DNA from: Tortispora ganteri | Lineage: Eukaryota | Length of the DNA stretch: 64,000 nt | Direction: 5' to 3' | NCBI GenBank assembly: GCA_003707115.1 | Contig: PPNB01000010.1 | Span: 186,001 to 250,000, forward strand | In this document: positions 44,137-53,702 of the stretch, piece after piece | How the letters are laid out: every line of letters starts with the position of its first letter | Numbering within the stretch: position 1 is the stretch's first letter | Program-made: the position numbers and the translations under genes | The notes under the pieces: generated by a model | What the model was told of the DNA's origin: nothing | Seen by the model: only the letters and a program-made list of their open reading frames with translations | Database searches by the model: none

Positions 44137-47019
44137 ATGTTCGCTCAGAGTGGAAATGTTATGGGTCCCGAGCCTCTGCCAGAGGTCGATATTGGCCAAA
44201 TGTTTATGGTGGGGTTCGATGGCCCCGAAATTGACGACAATGTGCGCGTACTCATTGAACAATACAAAATCGGCAATATTCTTCTCAGCGCGAAGAACTT
44301 GATCGACGCAAAGCAGGCCTCCAGCTTGATTGCGAAACTGCAAGAAATAGCTTTTCATGCCGGTCACAGACAACCGCTTACTATCGCCATAGACCAGGAG
44401 AATGGCATGCTTAACAATTTGTACGACTCTGAGTATATTACGCAGTTCCCTGGCGCTATGGCAATTGCAGCTACTGCAAGCACGGACTATGCTTACAGTG
44501 TCGCCAAAGCCACTGCCCAAGAAATGAAGGCATGTGGTATCAACTGGATTCTCGGCCCAGTGCTTGACGTTTTCACAACTTCAAGTAACAGACTTCTTGG
44601 AATAAGAACTATGGGTGACGATCCCAATGAGGTTGCCGATCTCGGAATAGCCCAAATAAGAGGCTTCCAAGAAGGTGGAGTAATGGCATGCGGCAAACAT
44701 TTTCCCGGCTACGGAAACGCTATAATCGATAACTTGCTCAGTCTTCCTGTTGTGAACGACACTGTAGAGCAGCTGGAGATGGCTCCTTTAGTACCGTTTC
44801 AGAAGGCTGGATTGGCCGGGCTGGACTCCGTTATAGTCGGTGGCTGTGCAGTTCCTAAAGTCGCCTACAACGACATGCATGCTTGCTTAAGCCCTAGAGT
44901 CATAAAAGGTATGCTCCGTGAGAGACTGGGATTTCAAGGGGTTGTACTGTCTGAATGCTTGGAAATGGGTGCTCTTCATGAGAAAACCGGTATCCGACAA
45001 GGCGCCGTAATGGCTGCTAGTGCTGGCTGTGATATTATTTTAGTATGCTCGAGTAATACTTTGCAGAGAGACGCATTCACTGGTATGTGTGATGCATTTG
45101 CAAGTGGAATCTTGCATGCTGACGTTTTTGCGTCCATTTCCCGCATTTCACACATGAAAGACAAGTATCTTAACTGGCAGGATGCTATGCACCCTGCAGG
45201 AATAGCGCTTTTAAAGCGTCTTCGACAGGAACATTCACTTTTATCTCGCGAAGTATATGAAAAGAGCACTACACTGGTACGCAATCACACAAAATTAATT
45301 CCTCTTAACAATTCAATCCCGCCGGATGCCAGCATACTGTTGCTTACGCCGCTTGTTATTCCTCTAATATCTTCAGTGAGAAACGCCGACTCTTCAAAAG
45401 GTCTGTTCATTGGCGAAGATGTTTTTTTGAAACTAGGACAAGAGTTTGCTAAATTTCACCCGGGAAAAATATTTCACACGACATACACAGCTAATGGTAT
45501 ATCTAATGTACACGAGAAGCTACTGAAGAAATCACAGATTGTTGTGATAGTTACCACTGATGTCACGAGGAACATGTACCAGATAGGCTTCACGAAGCAT
45601 ATATCACACATATGTTCTTACGAACGAAAACCTGTCATTATAGTTGCTGCATCCAGTCCCTACGATTACAGTCTTGATAGAGGCATTGGAACGTACTTGT
45701 GTTCCTACGAGTTCACTCCAGAAGCTCTGGAATGTCTTGCGCGCGCAATATTTGGAAAGTTGTTGCCTACTGGACGAATTCCAGGCACCGAGAACAGACC
45801 AAGCAAAGTTGTACCTGGCCCCACAAATAGATGGCTGGTAGACACGTACGATGCTAAGATTCATTTAAACAGTCTGCTTGAACTTTGGACGCGTTGTTTT
45901 CCTGAGTCAGAAGTCACTGCAGACTTTTTTGAGATATTGTCAGATCCAAGTCAGAAGCATTTTATTGTGCAAAACTACAGCACAAACGAATTGTACGGTT
46001 TTGCCGGAACTTGGGTATCTAACAAGGGCCGACTAGGGAGTCTTTTAATGATATTAGTTGATCCGGCTAGACGGAATATGTCTATTGGAACCTCGCTGCA
46101 TTTGAGTGCAATGCGGTATCTTATAACTGATCAGCATGTGAAACGAGTCAAGCTTGGATCGTCGATCCCGCTATTTTTTGGTGGATTGCCGTCCTTTGAA
46201 GACCTATCTATTATCAGAGACGCGAATCATCTTCCGGATCCATCAAAGGACAGTGTATCGGGTAGTTTTCTTCAATTTGCGCAGCAAGAACGAGAGAGCG
46301 TATTAGCGAAGTGGTTTTCTGACTTAGGATGGGATACAACTACGTCAGTTGTTGCCGCTGGCACGAATTCAGCACACGGCGCAGAAGTAGATGGGTCACC
46401 GACCACACTTGGAGACTCTGATACTGCCGGTTCCCAAGGTACTATTAGGAACGAACGGTCTATGATGATACTGAAGAACCTCGAAGAATGGTCACCGATG
46501 AGACATGTTGTGCAGGAACTGAAAATGGTTGGTGTGATGTTCGATATATGTCTCTCCGAAATGGATGATCAGATTTCTGGGCTCATTGCGCAGCAGCCGC
46601 CATTGATGCAAGACCAGTTGAATATGCTGTATGACGCTGCAAGAGAGAGATTAGATTCAAGGGTTATTGTTGCTGTGGAGAAAGATTCTAAGGAGATTGT
46701 AGGAAGCATAGTACTGTTTACAAAGCACAGTTCAGTTGCGAAGTTTCACCCGTGGATCAACGAGTTTAGGTCAAGGTTTGTTGCAGGTCTGTCTTCGCCT
46801 ATTGTAAACGGTTCATACCAGAACCTTGCGGGTATATTTACTCTTGGGCTTGTATACTCGGCTTTGCGACATTTAAAAATGCAGAACTTCACTTCGTGTA
46901 TTCTCGGAAGGGTTGATTCTACGTTAGAGAACACATTCATAGGGGCTGGGTTTACGACATGGAGGAGGTTTACAGAGATCGAGATGAGTGCTGCGCGGTG
47001 GATGACTCCTGACATGTGA
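44137..47019 (+). CDS. NGS1: GH3 beta-N-acetylglucosaminidase-like plus GNAT fusion; GlcNAc sensor Ngs1/Nag3
   Basis: GQMFMVGFDG, IAIDQENG, KHFPG, LRERLGFQGVV, a GH3 C-terminal domain, then GNAT motif A (ILVDPARRNMSIGTSL) and a second degenerate GNAT-like region. Confidence 0.85.
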   Translation: MFAQSGNVMGPEPLPEVDIGQMFMVGFDGPEIDDNVRVLIEQYKIGNILLSAKNLIDAKQASSLIAKLQEIAFHAGHRQPLTIAIDQENGMLNNLYDSEYITQFPGAMAIAATASTDYAYSVAKATAQEMKACGINWILGPVLDVFTTSSNRLLGIRTMGDDPNEVADLGIAQIRGFQEGGVMACGKHFPGYGNAIIDNLLSLPVVNDTVEQLEMAPLVPFQKAGLAGLDSVIVGGCAVPKVAYNDMHACLSPRVIKGMLRERLGFQGVVLSECLEMGALHEKTGIRQGAVMAASAGCDIILVCSSNTLQRDAFTGMCDAFASGILHADVFASISRISHMKDKYLNWQDAMHPAGIALLKRLRQEHSLLSREVYEKSTTLVRNHTKLIPLNNSIPPDASILLLTPLVIPLISSVRNADSSKGLFIGEDVFLKLGQEFAKFHPGKIFHTTYTANGISNVHEKLLKKSQIVVIVTTDVTRNMYQIGFTKHISHICSYERKPVIIVAASSPYDYSLDRGIGTYLCSYEFTPEALECLARAIFGKLLPTGRIPGTENRPSKVVPGPTNRWLVDTYDAKIHLNSLLELWTRCFPESEVTADFFEILSDPSQKHFIVQNYSTNELYGFAGTWVSNKGRLGSLLMILVDPARRNMSIGTSLHLSAMRYLITDQHVKRVKLGSSIPLFFGGLPSFEDLSIIRDANHLPDPSKDSVSGSFLQFAQQERESVLAKWFSDLGWDTTTSVVAAGTNSAHGAEVDGSPTTLGDSDTAGSQGTIRNERSMMILKNLEEWSPMRHVVQELKMVGVMFDICLSEMDDQISGLIAQQPPLMQDQLNMLYDAARERLDSRVIVAVEKDSKEIVGSIVLFTKHSSVAKFHPWINEFRSRFVAGLSSPIVNGSYQNLAGIFTLGLVYSALRHLKMQNFTSCILGRVDSTLENTFIGAGFTTWRRFTEIEMSAARWMTPDM

Positions 47020-47191
47020 ACCTCCGTTAATTTATATTATTTTTTGTGAAACATTATTATGACGATATCGCTATCACACCTCTCACAATTAAGGTTTGAT
47101 GTCTTTATATCGAGTTTTCTTTGTGATATCTGTCATTAGGACAAGAAGAAACTACTGGAAACAATTATATTCGGGTGAAATAGTGCGCATA

Positions 47192-47208
47192 AGCACAAAT
47201 TTTGTGCT
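47192..47208. promoter_or_regulatory. Palindrome AGCACAAA-T-TTTGTGCT carrying two Ndt80-type CACAAAW sites
   Basis: Perfect 8-bp inverted repeat. Two more TTTGTG at 47043-47048 and 47120-47125 in the same intergenic region. Confidence 0.5.
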
Positions 47209-47637
47209 GTTAAATTGCCGAAATAGGTTGTATAATCTCAAAAACCTGTGTTCGAATACTGGCTGGACTATGTGCCAAAAAAAGAAAAATGGCTGAGAAT
47301 TGAGTTACACATTAAGGTTTCTAACACTTCATAGGTTAATATAGTAAAGACATTATCGCGGTCAAATCTACAGCGGTGATTAACAGCTGTAATAAAATAG
47401 TAAACATACAGACACTGCAAAAACAAACAAAAGAATTACTCCACTACACGACTGGTTTTCACTGAAGACCTGGCGTAAAATAATACATAAGCAAAGTTAG
47501 CGTATAATTAAGGTTTGAGCCGCAGTGTACATCCTCTTTCCCCTCCCTTTCACACACTCACGTACAAAATCATACCCTCCAAGTACCATATATATTGCTT
47601 CTACAGTATTAGAAACGCTCGCTGGCTCGTCTTTAAG

Positions 47638-49092
47638 ATGAAATCCGAGTATCCGGACTCTTCGGACTCAGAAATGAATGCGGAATATAAACTGCGCAGA
47701 TGGTACGAACGGTCACTTAAGATCGGCAAATGGAAGCTCCTCCCATTTAATCACAGTTTTGTCCAACTTATAATTGTCGCTTTCGTCTGCTTCTTATGTC
47801 CAGGCATGTTCAACGCTCTTTCAGGTCTTGGTGGTGCTGGGCAGCTTGATCCGAAGACAATAAATAACGCTTACACCGCGTTATACTGCACTTTCGCCAC
47901 TGTCGGTTTTTTCTCCGGCACCGTCTGTAACATCATCGGTGTACGTGCTTGTTTGTTTCTCGGATCTATTGGCTACGCCGTATATTCGGCATCTTTGTTG
48001 TGCTATAGTCATACTAGCAACAGCGGCTTTGCTATTTTTGCTGGCGCTCTTCTCGGAATCTGTGCGGCTCTGTTGTGGACAGGCCAAGGTGTAGTGATGA
48101 TGTCCTATCCCACAGAAGGATACAAAGGACGATACATAGGCACCTTCTGGGCTATCTTCAACTTTGGTGCCGTAATAGGGGCACTTATACCACTTGCTCA
48201 GAATATTAATCTTGCCACAAAAGGATCCATTAAAGATAGTACATATGCCACTTTCCTTGGCGTCATATGTATCGGAACAGTTATATCCTTGACCTTGCTG
48301 CCGCCTTCTAAAGTCGTACATGATGATGGATCGCCCGTTCAAATAAAAGAAACACTCGGATATAAAAATGAAATACTCATGCTTTACAAAGTGCTCAAAT
48401 CAGACACATATATTCTCTGGCTCTTTCCCATGTTTTTCGCCTCAAACTGGTTCTATGCGTATCAATTCAACGACTTCAATTTGGCACTTTTCAACGTCAG
48501 AACTAGGTCCCTCAACAATGTCTTGTATTGGACATTCCAAATAGTAGGTGCTGTCATTTTTGGTTTCCTATTGGACTTAAAACAGTTCAAAAGACGGTCG
48601 AGAGCTATCGCTGCATGGGTTGTCATCTTCGTCGCAACAAATATCATATGGGGGTGCACTTACTTATCTCAGACAGGGTATGATAGAGTCACCGCAGAGC
48701 AAATAGATATGAACTGGACGCATGAGGATTATCCCAAATATTGCGTTTTGTACATATTTTTCGGTATTTACGATGCTATTTTCCAGTCCTATTGCTACTG
48801 GCTCATGGGCGCTCTCACAAATGACCCGCATAAACTTGCATTGTTCGCAGGATTCCTTAAAGGAATCCAATCAAGTGGCTCAGCAATAGCCTGGAGACTC
48901 GATGCTCTCCACATCCCATATATGAATATACTTGCTTCGACGTGGGCTTTGCTAGGAGCCTCACTATTATTTTGCATTCCAATCACCTTCAGGAGAATTA
49001 CGAACACCACTACAGAGTTGCTCAATGAAGATGCTGATCGTCTTTTCGTCAGTCTTACTGACGATAAAAACACCAACAAAAATGAGCATTAA
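47638..49092 (+). CDS. NGT1: UNC-93-like MFS transporter; GlcNAc transporter Ngt1-type
   Basis: FVCFLCPGMFNALSGLGGAG, LWTGQG..MMSYP, FPMFFASNWFYAYQFN, RTRSLN, YWLMGAL; sits between NGS1 and an Ndt80 factor. First ATG at 47638. Substrate is inferred from context. Confidence 0.75.
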   Translation: MKSEYPDSSDSEMNAEYKLRRWYERSLKIGKWKLLPFNHSFVQLIIVAFVCFLCPGMFNALSGLGGAGQLDPKTINNAYTALYCTFATVGFFSGTVCNIIGVRACLFLGSIGYAVYSASLLCYSHTSNSGFAIFAGALLGICAALLWTGQGVVMMSYPTEGYKGRYIGTFWAIFNFGAVIGALIPLAQNINLATKGSIKDSTYATFLGVICIGTVISLTLLPPSKVVHDDGSPVQIKETLGYKNEILMLYKVLKSDTYILWLFPMFFASNWFYAYQFNDFNLALFNVRTRSLNNVLYWTFQIVGAVIFGFLLDLKQFKRRSRAIAAWVVIFVATNIIWGCTYLSQTGYDRVTAEQIDMNWTHEDYPKYCVLYIFFGIYDAIFQSYCYWLMGALTNDPHKLALFAGFLKGIQSSGSAIAWRLDALHIPYMNILASTWALLGASLLFCIPITFRRITNTTTELLNEDADRLFVSLTDDKNTNKNEH

Positions 49093-49554
49093 ACCTTCTC
49101 CTAATATATACTTGCGTTTCTTATCGCGCTCTGATTTCTTAGCCGATACAAACTCTATTTGACGTTTTTATGACATTTTTTAAGCTTCCGGTGCCTTAGC
49201 TGGCTGTCGATGCTTTTACAGTAATTATACTTTAATTAACCGTTATTCATGGTTACATTATTTTGAATAGCTGCTTATTTTTTAACTATTAATTAATGTA
49301 GTCCCTCTTTCAATCACTGCGTGCCCTCATGCACGTGTTTCTTTTTTAGCTTGCTATTGTAATTATATCGCGTGAACCATCAATACCCTAACCTCAGCTG
49401 TCTAATTTACCTAGCAACGTGCATTCCCCGCCTACTAGAGTATCATTTCCCTCCCTGCCTCCAATTGCAAGAAAAGCAAACTAGTCGATTGCGTGCTATT
49501 TTGCGCCACTTCCACTAACTGCATCCTATTCTTATCCTCTTAATTACCAAGAAA

Positions 49555-51390
49555 ATGGATTCTACAGCTTCTGCCGATGATGATTTTTCGGCATTCCTTC
49601 TGCCAATGCTTGCAAACGGTGATAAGAACTCCTTACAGCATGAGCAGGATCTTCGCGACGACGACATTCATCTCTCACCGGGAATGCCTCTTTCCTGGGC
49701 AAACTACCGACGGCCTACAACTGGACCGGCAATGATATCTGAATTACCGTCTATGTTGCTTACAGATACGACAGGCCCGTCCATGCATGTCACTGTGGAC
49801 TCTGCGCCTGCCGATGACACATCTACTTATCTATCAGCATCCTTATTTGGACGAAGAGATTCCTATTTCCATTACGGCGACCTCATTCCTCCTGAAGCCA
49901 CTTCTGGTACCCCGTTTTCGATGCGGTACACGCTAGATTCTCAGGAACCTATTGACGCCCACACGTCGATCTATCCAGACGCCAGGCATATTTCTAGTAC
50001 TTTTTTCCAGAGAGACTCTAGCGGCCAGGACCTCGGCCCTGATCCTCTGGATTCCGATAATAATGAAAGTCCCGTCAATGTATACTCAGGTGGCCATATA
50101 GGTCCTAAAAGCATATCTCCACATAGAACAAACAACGTTACGTTTCTCAATCATCACAGCTCATCTGTTACGCCAACCTCTGCTCAGATTGATTCCGATA
50201 ATCACATATTTTTAAGGCATGCTCCAAGCAGTAATGACAGTTCTGATACAAAATCACATCCTCCTTATGACGATCACTCAGCCAGCCATCTTTTCTTGCA
50301 TCTCTTACCTGCCCAGTATCACGCTTCCGTATTCGACTCTCATAAGCACAAAGTAATTGTTGACGTTGAAATGAGCATGCTTGGAAAATTTCTTTTAGTG
50401 CCAGAAGCTTGCATTGAAATACCCAAAGATCAGATACACCCCGATAATCCAGATGTACCTATCGTCTTTCATAGACGGAACGGCATTCAGATCACTGGAA
50501 CTTTATCCAATCTAAATAAAATCGCTACCTTGAAAACAACTAAGATGAAAACAGAGCTTCCTGTGAAAAGATTATTTCTGGAAGTAGCAGGCTGCTCTAC
50601 TAATACCAACGAAAGCCCGCAACTCACGACATCTAACCCTCACTCCTCTACGACACGAAAACTTTCCGATAACGCTAACGAAGATGATGAAGTACCAAAA
50701 GGCAGCTATGGCCCTCATCCTTCTCCTATTCCATTGTCAACAGATTCTGACCTTACTACATTCGCCTGGAAACGTATATTGTTTCGGTCGGCGACTGCCA
50801 ATAATGGCAAGAAACGTATGATGCAAGAGTACTACTTTCTAAAAGTTCTACTAAATGCTGAATTACAAGATGGTCGCATTGAGACTATATTGTCTGCCAA
50901 ATCAAGGCCTCTGATCATTCGCGGCCGCAACCCACGATCTTATATTGTGAAAGTTGCACTGCCAATTAATCTTCCCCGCGGTAGAGAACCAAGACATTTG
51001 ACCAGCGATGCTTCTAACGATCTCAAAGATCCTCTAAGTATACACAGTAACTCAATCGAGAAACCTACTTTCGCATCTAATGATGATCATGTAGGAAAAC
51101 ACTCTAATGACGAATTGAGTGTTGACTCAGATCAAAAGAAAAGAAGGGTTGACGATTCTTCTCTCGCGTCAGGCTCACCACGCCCATTGATTCAAGGAAA
51201 CTACGAGTATATTCCTATCAGTGTTAATTACTATATGCCGCCAGTCGAAGTAGTTTACCGTCCACATGCAGCTCACCATCCGCAATTGCGAAGGGTATCG
51301 ATGCAATATGGTGTGCCTTACGTTGGAGCCCCGACTAATATTAAAAAGTCAGCCTTGGGACGTGCTGGAGCGGTGAGTGTGAGATATTAG
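49555..51390 (+). CDS. Ndt80-family transcription factor of the RON1/REP1 type
   Basis: Ndt80 domain motifs HRRNGIQITG, WKRILFRSATANNGKKR..QEYYFLKV, SRPLIIRGRNP; C-terminal YEYIP...YYMPPVEVVYRPHAAHH. Confidence 0.85.
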   Translation: MDSTASADDDFSAFLLPMLANGDKNSLQHEQDLRDDDIHLSPGMPLSWANYRRPTTGPAMISELPSMLLTDTTGPSMHVTVDSAPADDTSTYLSASLFGRRDSYFHYGDLIPPEATSGTPFSMRYTLDSQEPIDAHTSIYPDARHISSTFFQRDSSGQDLGPDPLDSDNNESPVNVYSGGHIGPKSISPHRTNNVTFLNHHSSSVTPTSAQIDSDNHIFLRHAPSSNDSSDTKSHPPYDDHSASHLFLHLLPAQYHASVFDSHKHKVIVDVEMSMLGKFLLVPEACIEIPKDQIHPDNPDVPIVFHRRNGIQITGTLSNLNKIATLKTTKMKTELPVKRLFLEVAGCSTNTNESPQLTTSNPHSSTTRKLSDNANEDDEVPKGSYGPHPSPIPLSTDSDLTTFAWKRILFRSATANNGKKRMMQEYYFLKVLLNAELQDGRIETILSAKSRPLIIRGRNPRSYIVKVALPINLPRGREPRHLTSDASNDLKDPLSIHSNSIEKPTFASNDDHVGKHSNDELSVDSDQKKRRVDDSSLASGSPRPLIQGNYEYIPISVNYYMPPVEVVYRPHAAHHPQLRRVSMQYGVPYVGAPTNIKKSALGRAGAVSVRY

Positions 51391-51434
51391 GTAATTTTAG
51401 CAATGCCGCCATAATACTATCAGATTTACATTAT

Positions 51435-53216
51435 TCAAAAGGCACTAGCAATACCTTTAGCAAGTTCGGCAACACCAACTGCACCTGGATCAGGGATTCC
51501 TCCTTCCTCGTTGAAGTTTGAGAGTTCCTCCTGAGACACATAAGAAGCACGGCCAAATTTAGCTTCCAGTTCCTTTGTGCTGTTAGCTCCCTGTTCTGCG
51601 GCGCTAGCAGCAGCCTTGATACCGTCACCATTAGCCAATGCATCAACAAATGGTACAAGCGCATCTATCAAGGTACGATGACCAGGACGTGCTTTGGTGT
51701 ACTTGAACAAAGCATCTAAAGCTGCCTTTGATGCTTTTCCTATTTCTTTTGAAGATACGTCTCCTTTAATTTTGGCAACTTCACCGGCTAGAGCTGAAAG
51801 GAAAATGGCATACAGGCCACCCGAGGTTCCACCCATAGACTCTTCAACGATGTGTGTAAGCGAATAAATTGTGCTAAATAGGTTAGAGGTGTCAATAGAC
51901 TTGTCTTTAAGGGCTTTAGAGACAGCTAATGCACCATCCTTAAGAGTCTCGCCACAGTCACCGTCACCTGCAATAGTGTCGTAGCGAGTAATCTTTGGTT
52001 CAGCGGAGATCAGGTTGTCGACAATACCGTTTAGAGCCTTCTCAACAACTTTTGATTCCACAGGAACGTTGACAGCACTTGAAGAGTCATCAGTTTTCTC
52101 TTGAACAAGAGACTCCTTGATCACATCGAACTTGTTAGTTTTCCAAGATTCAGAAGAAACGAAGTTGTTCCATCCGGTGAATCCACAGCGGGCGTCGAGC
52201 AGTTCAAGGACAGAACTGTTTCCAGCGGCTGAAGCATTTGTTGCGTTCAATAAGGTGATACTGAAACCTTCACCGTTGAGCGCAGTAATGAAAGGACCGG
52301 CATAGACACGTACTGGGGTAATTGAATACTTAGACTTCAACAGCTGGACGGTTGCTTCGACTATTCCGCTGAATTCAAGTGCTGACAGACCGCCTAGATT
52401 GTTCACAAGTAGTACTATATCATCAGATGAATCAAACTTCACAAAAGCACGGTCCTCATCGCTGGTATCCAATATATATGGCAGCAGTTGAGAGACTAGA
52501 TCAGGCACAGTGGGGATGGGGCTGAGACGTCTGATGCCGGGCTCGTTGTGGATACCCATGCCTATTTCCATCTGGTCGGCCTTCAAGAGTTCGGTATCGG
52601 TATGGGACCGGCCAGGAATAGTGCAGTGATCCAGAGATGCGCCAATCGTGGCGGTATTGTCTATGACGGCTTGAGCAAGGGTAGCGACAGCGTCGAGATC
52701 GGCGCCGGTAGCGGCAATGGCACCAGCACATTTGTGCACAAGTACAGTTCCAGCAAGGCCGCGTCTGCCGACGAGACCTCCCTGTTTGCGACCTACAGCA
52801 GTATCATCTGTGACTATCACCATTCGAATGTCTTGGCCTTGCGCCTTAGCGCGCTCGGCAGCCAGACCGAAGTGAATGATGTCACCAGTATAGTTCTTGA
52901 CGATAATCAGTGTTCCTTTAGGCGAAGCAATGGCTTTGAGGCCAGCAGTGACCTGATTACTGGAGGGTGAGGCGAATAGAGCACCAGCCACAGCAGCATC
53001 TAAGCCAGCATGACCAACGAATCCACCGTGAATGGGTTCGTGACCACTTCCGCCTCCTGAAAGGAGAGTAACTTTGGGATTGGAAGGATCGGGTCGTCGG
53101 AAGAGAACGCGATCTGCTTCGAGCAAAGAGACGTCAGGATTTTGGCGGAGGACAGACTTCAGAGCAGCGCCAATAAGATCTTGACCGGTGGTATCGAAAT
53201 GTTTTCCAGAAGACAT
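51435..53216 (-). CDS. Dihydroxyacetone kinase (DAK1/DAK2 family)
   Basis: SGGGSGHEP, KNYTGD, VGRRGLAG, GMGIHNEPG, GDGDCG, MGGTSG, GRASY, DPGA. ATG (MSSGKHF) at 53216. Confidence 0.94.
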   Translation of the reverse strand: MSSGKHFDTTGQDLIGAALKSVLRQNPDVSLLEADRVLFRRPDPSNPKVTLLSGGGSGHEPIHGGFVGHAGLDAAVAGALFASPSSNQVTAGLKAIASPKGTLIIVKNYTGDIIHFGLAAERAKAQGQDIRMVIVTDDTAVGRKQGGLVGRRGLAGTVLVHKCAGAIAATGADLDAVATLAQAVIDNTATIGASLDHCTIPGRSHTDTELLKADQMEIGMGIHNEPGIRRLSPIPTVPDLVSQLLPYILDTSDEDRAFVKFDSSDDIVLLVNNLGGLSALEFSGIVEATVQLLKSKYSITPVRVYAGPFITALNGEGFSITLLNATNASAAGNSSVLELLDARCGFTGWNNFVSSESWKTNKFDVIKESLVQEKTDDSSSAVNVPVESKVVEKALNGIVDNLISAEPKITRYDTIAGDGDCGETLKDGALAVSKALKDKSIDTSNLFSTIYSLTHIVEESMGGTSGGLYAIFLSALAGEVAKIKGDVSSKEIGKASKAALDALFKYTKARPGHRTLIDALVPFVDALANGDGIKAAASAAEQGANSTKELEAKFGRASYVSQEELSNFNEEGGIPDPGAVGVAELAKGIASAF

Positions 53217-53519
53217 TTTGCGAAGTAAATGGAAAAGGAACCAACCCACCTGAACGTGGGTAATTTATATAAAAAACCAAACGCCCACGCCTGCCAACCT
53301 TATTACAATTAACTTTCTCGATGACCGTCAAAGAATGCCCGGAAATGTGCGGTTAGCAGGAAATTATTATTGGAATAGCGTATCATAAAACGCAGAAAAT
53401 TGAATGACATGTGTTAGTGTGCAATATACAAGGTGCGCCATGAGATAGACAGGTCAAAAAAGGACTAATAGGTATGGATAACTAATATTGCATCCCCACG
53501 CTTTTGCGGGTGGGATAAC

Positions 53520-53546
53520 AGACCTACTAGACCTACTAAACCTACG
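53520..53546. repeat. Three imperfect 9-bp direct repeats (AGACCTACT AGACCTACT AAACCTACG) in the DAK/Rum1-like divergent promoter
   Basis: Read directly from the sequence. Confidence 0.55.
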
Positions 53547-53702
53547 TTTGTGAAAGCTTAATTTGCTCCCAACCTGCCATCTTTACATGCACATACTCAA
53601 AGAAAACCACACCCCCTTGCTTTAGAGGATTTATCGACAATCCATCGACATCAATTTGTGCCATTGCGAACTTGAATAGAGTCAAATTCGCTGTTAAAAA
53701 GA

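Noticed and set aside
51435..53216. DAK as the missing kinase of the GlcNAc cassette
   Set aside because: It is a canonical triose kinase, convergent and with its own promoter; no sequence evidence links it to amino sugars.
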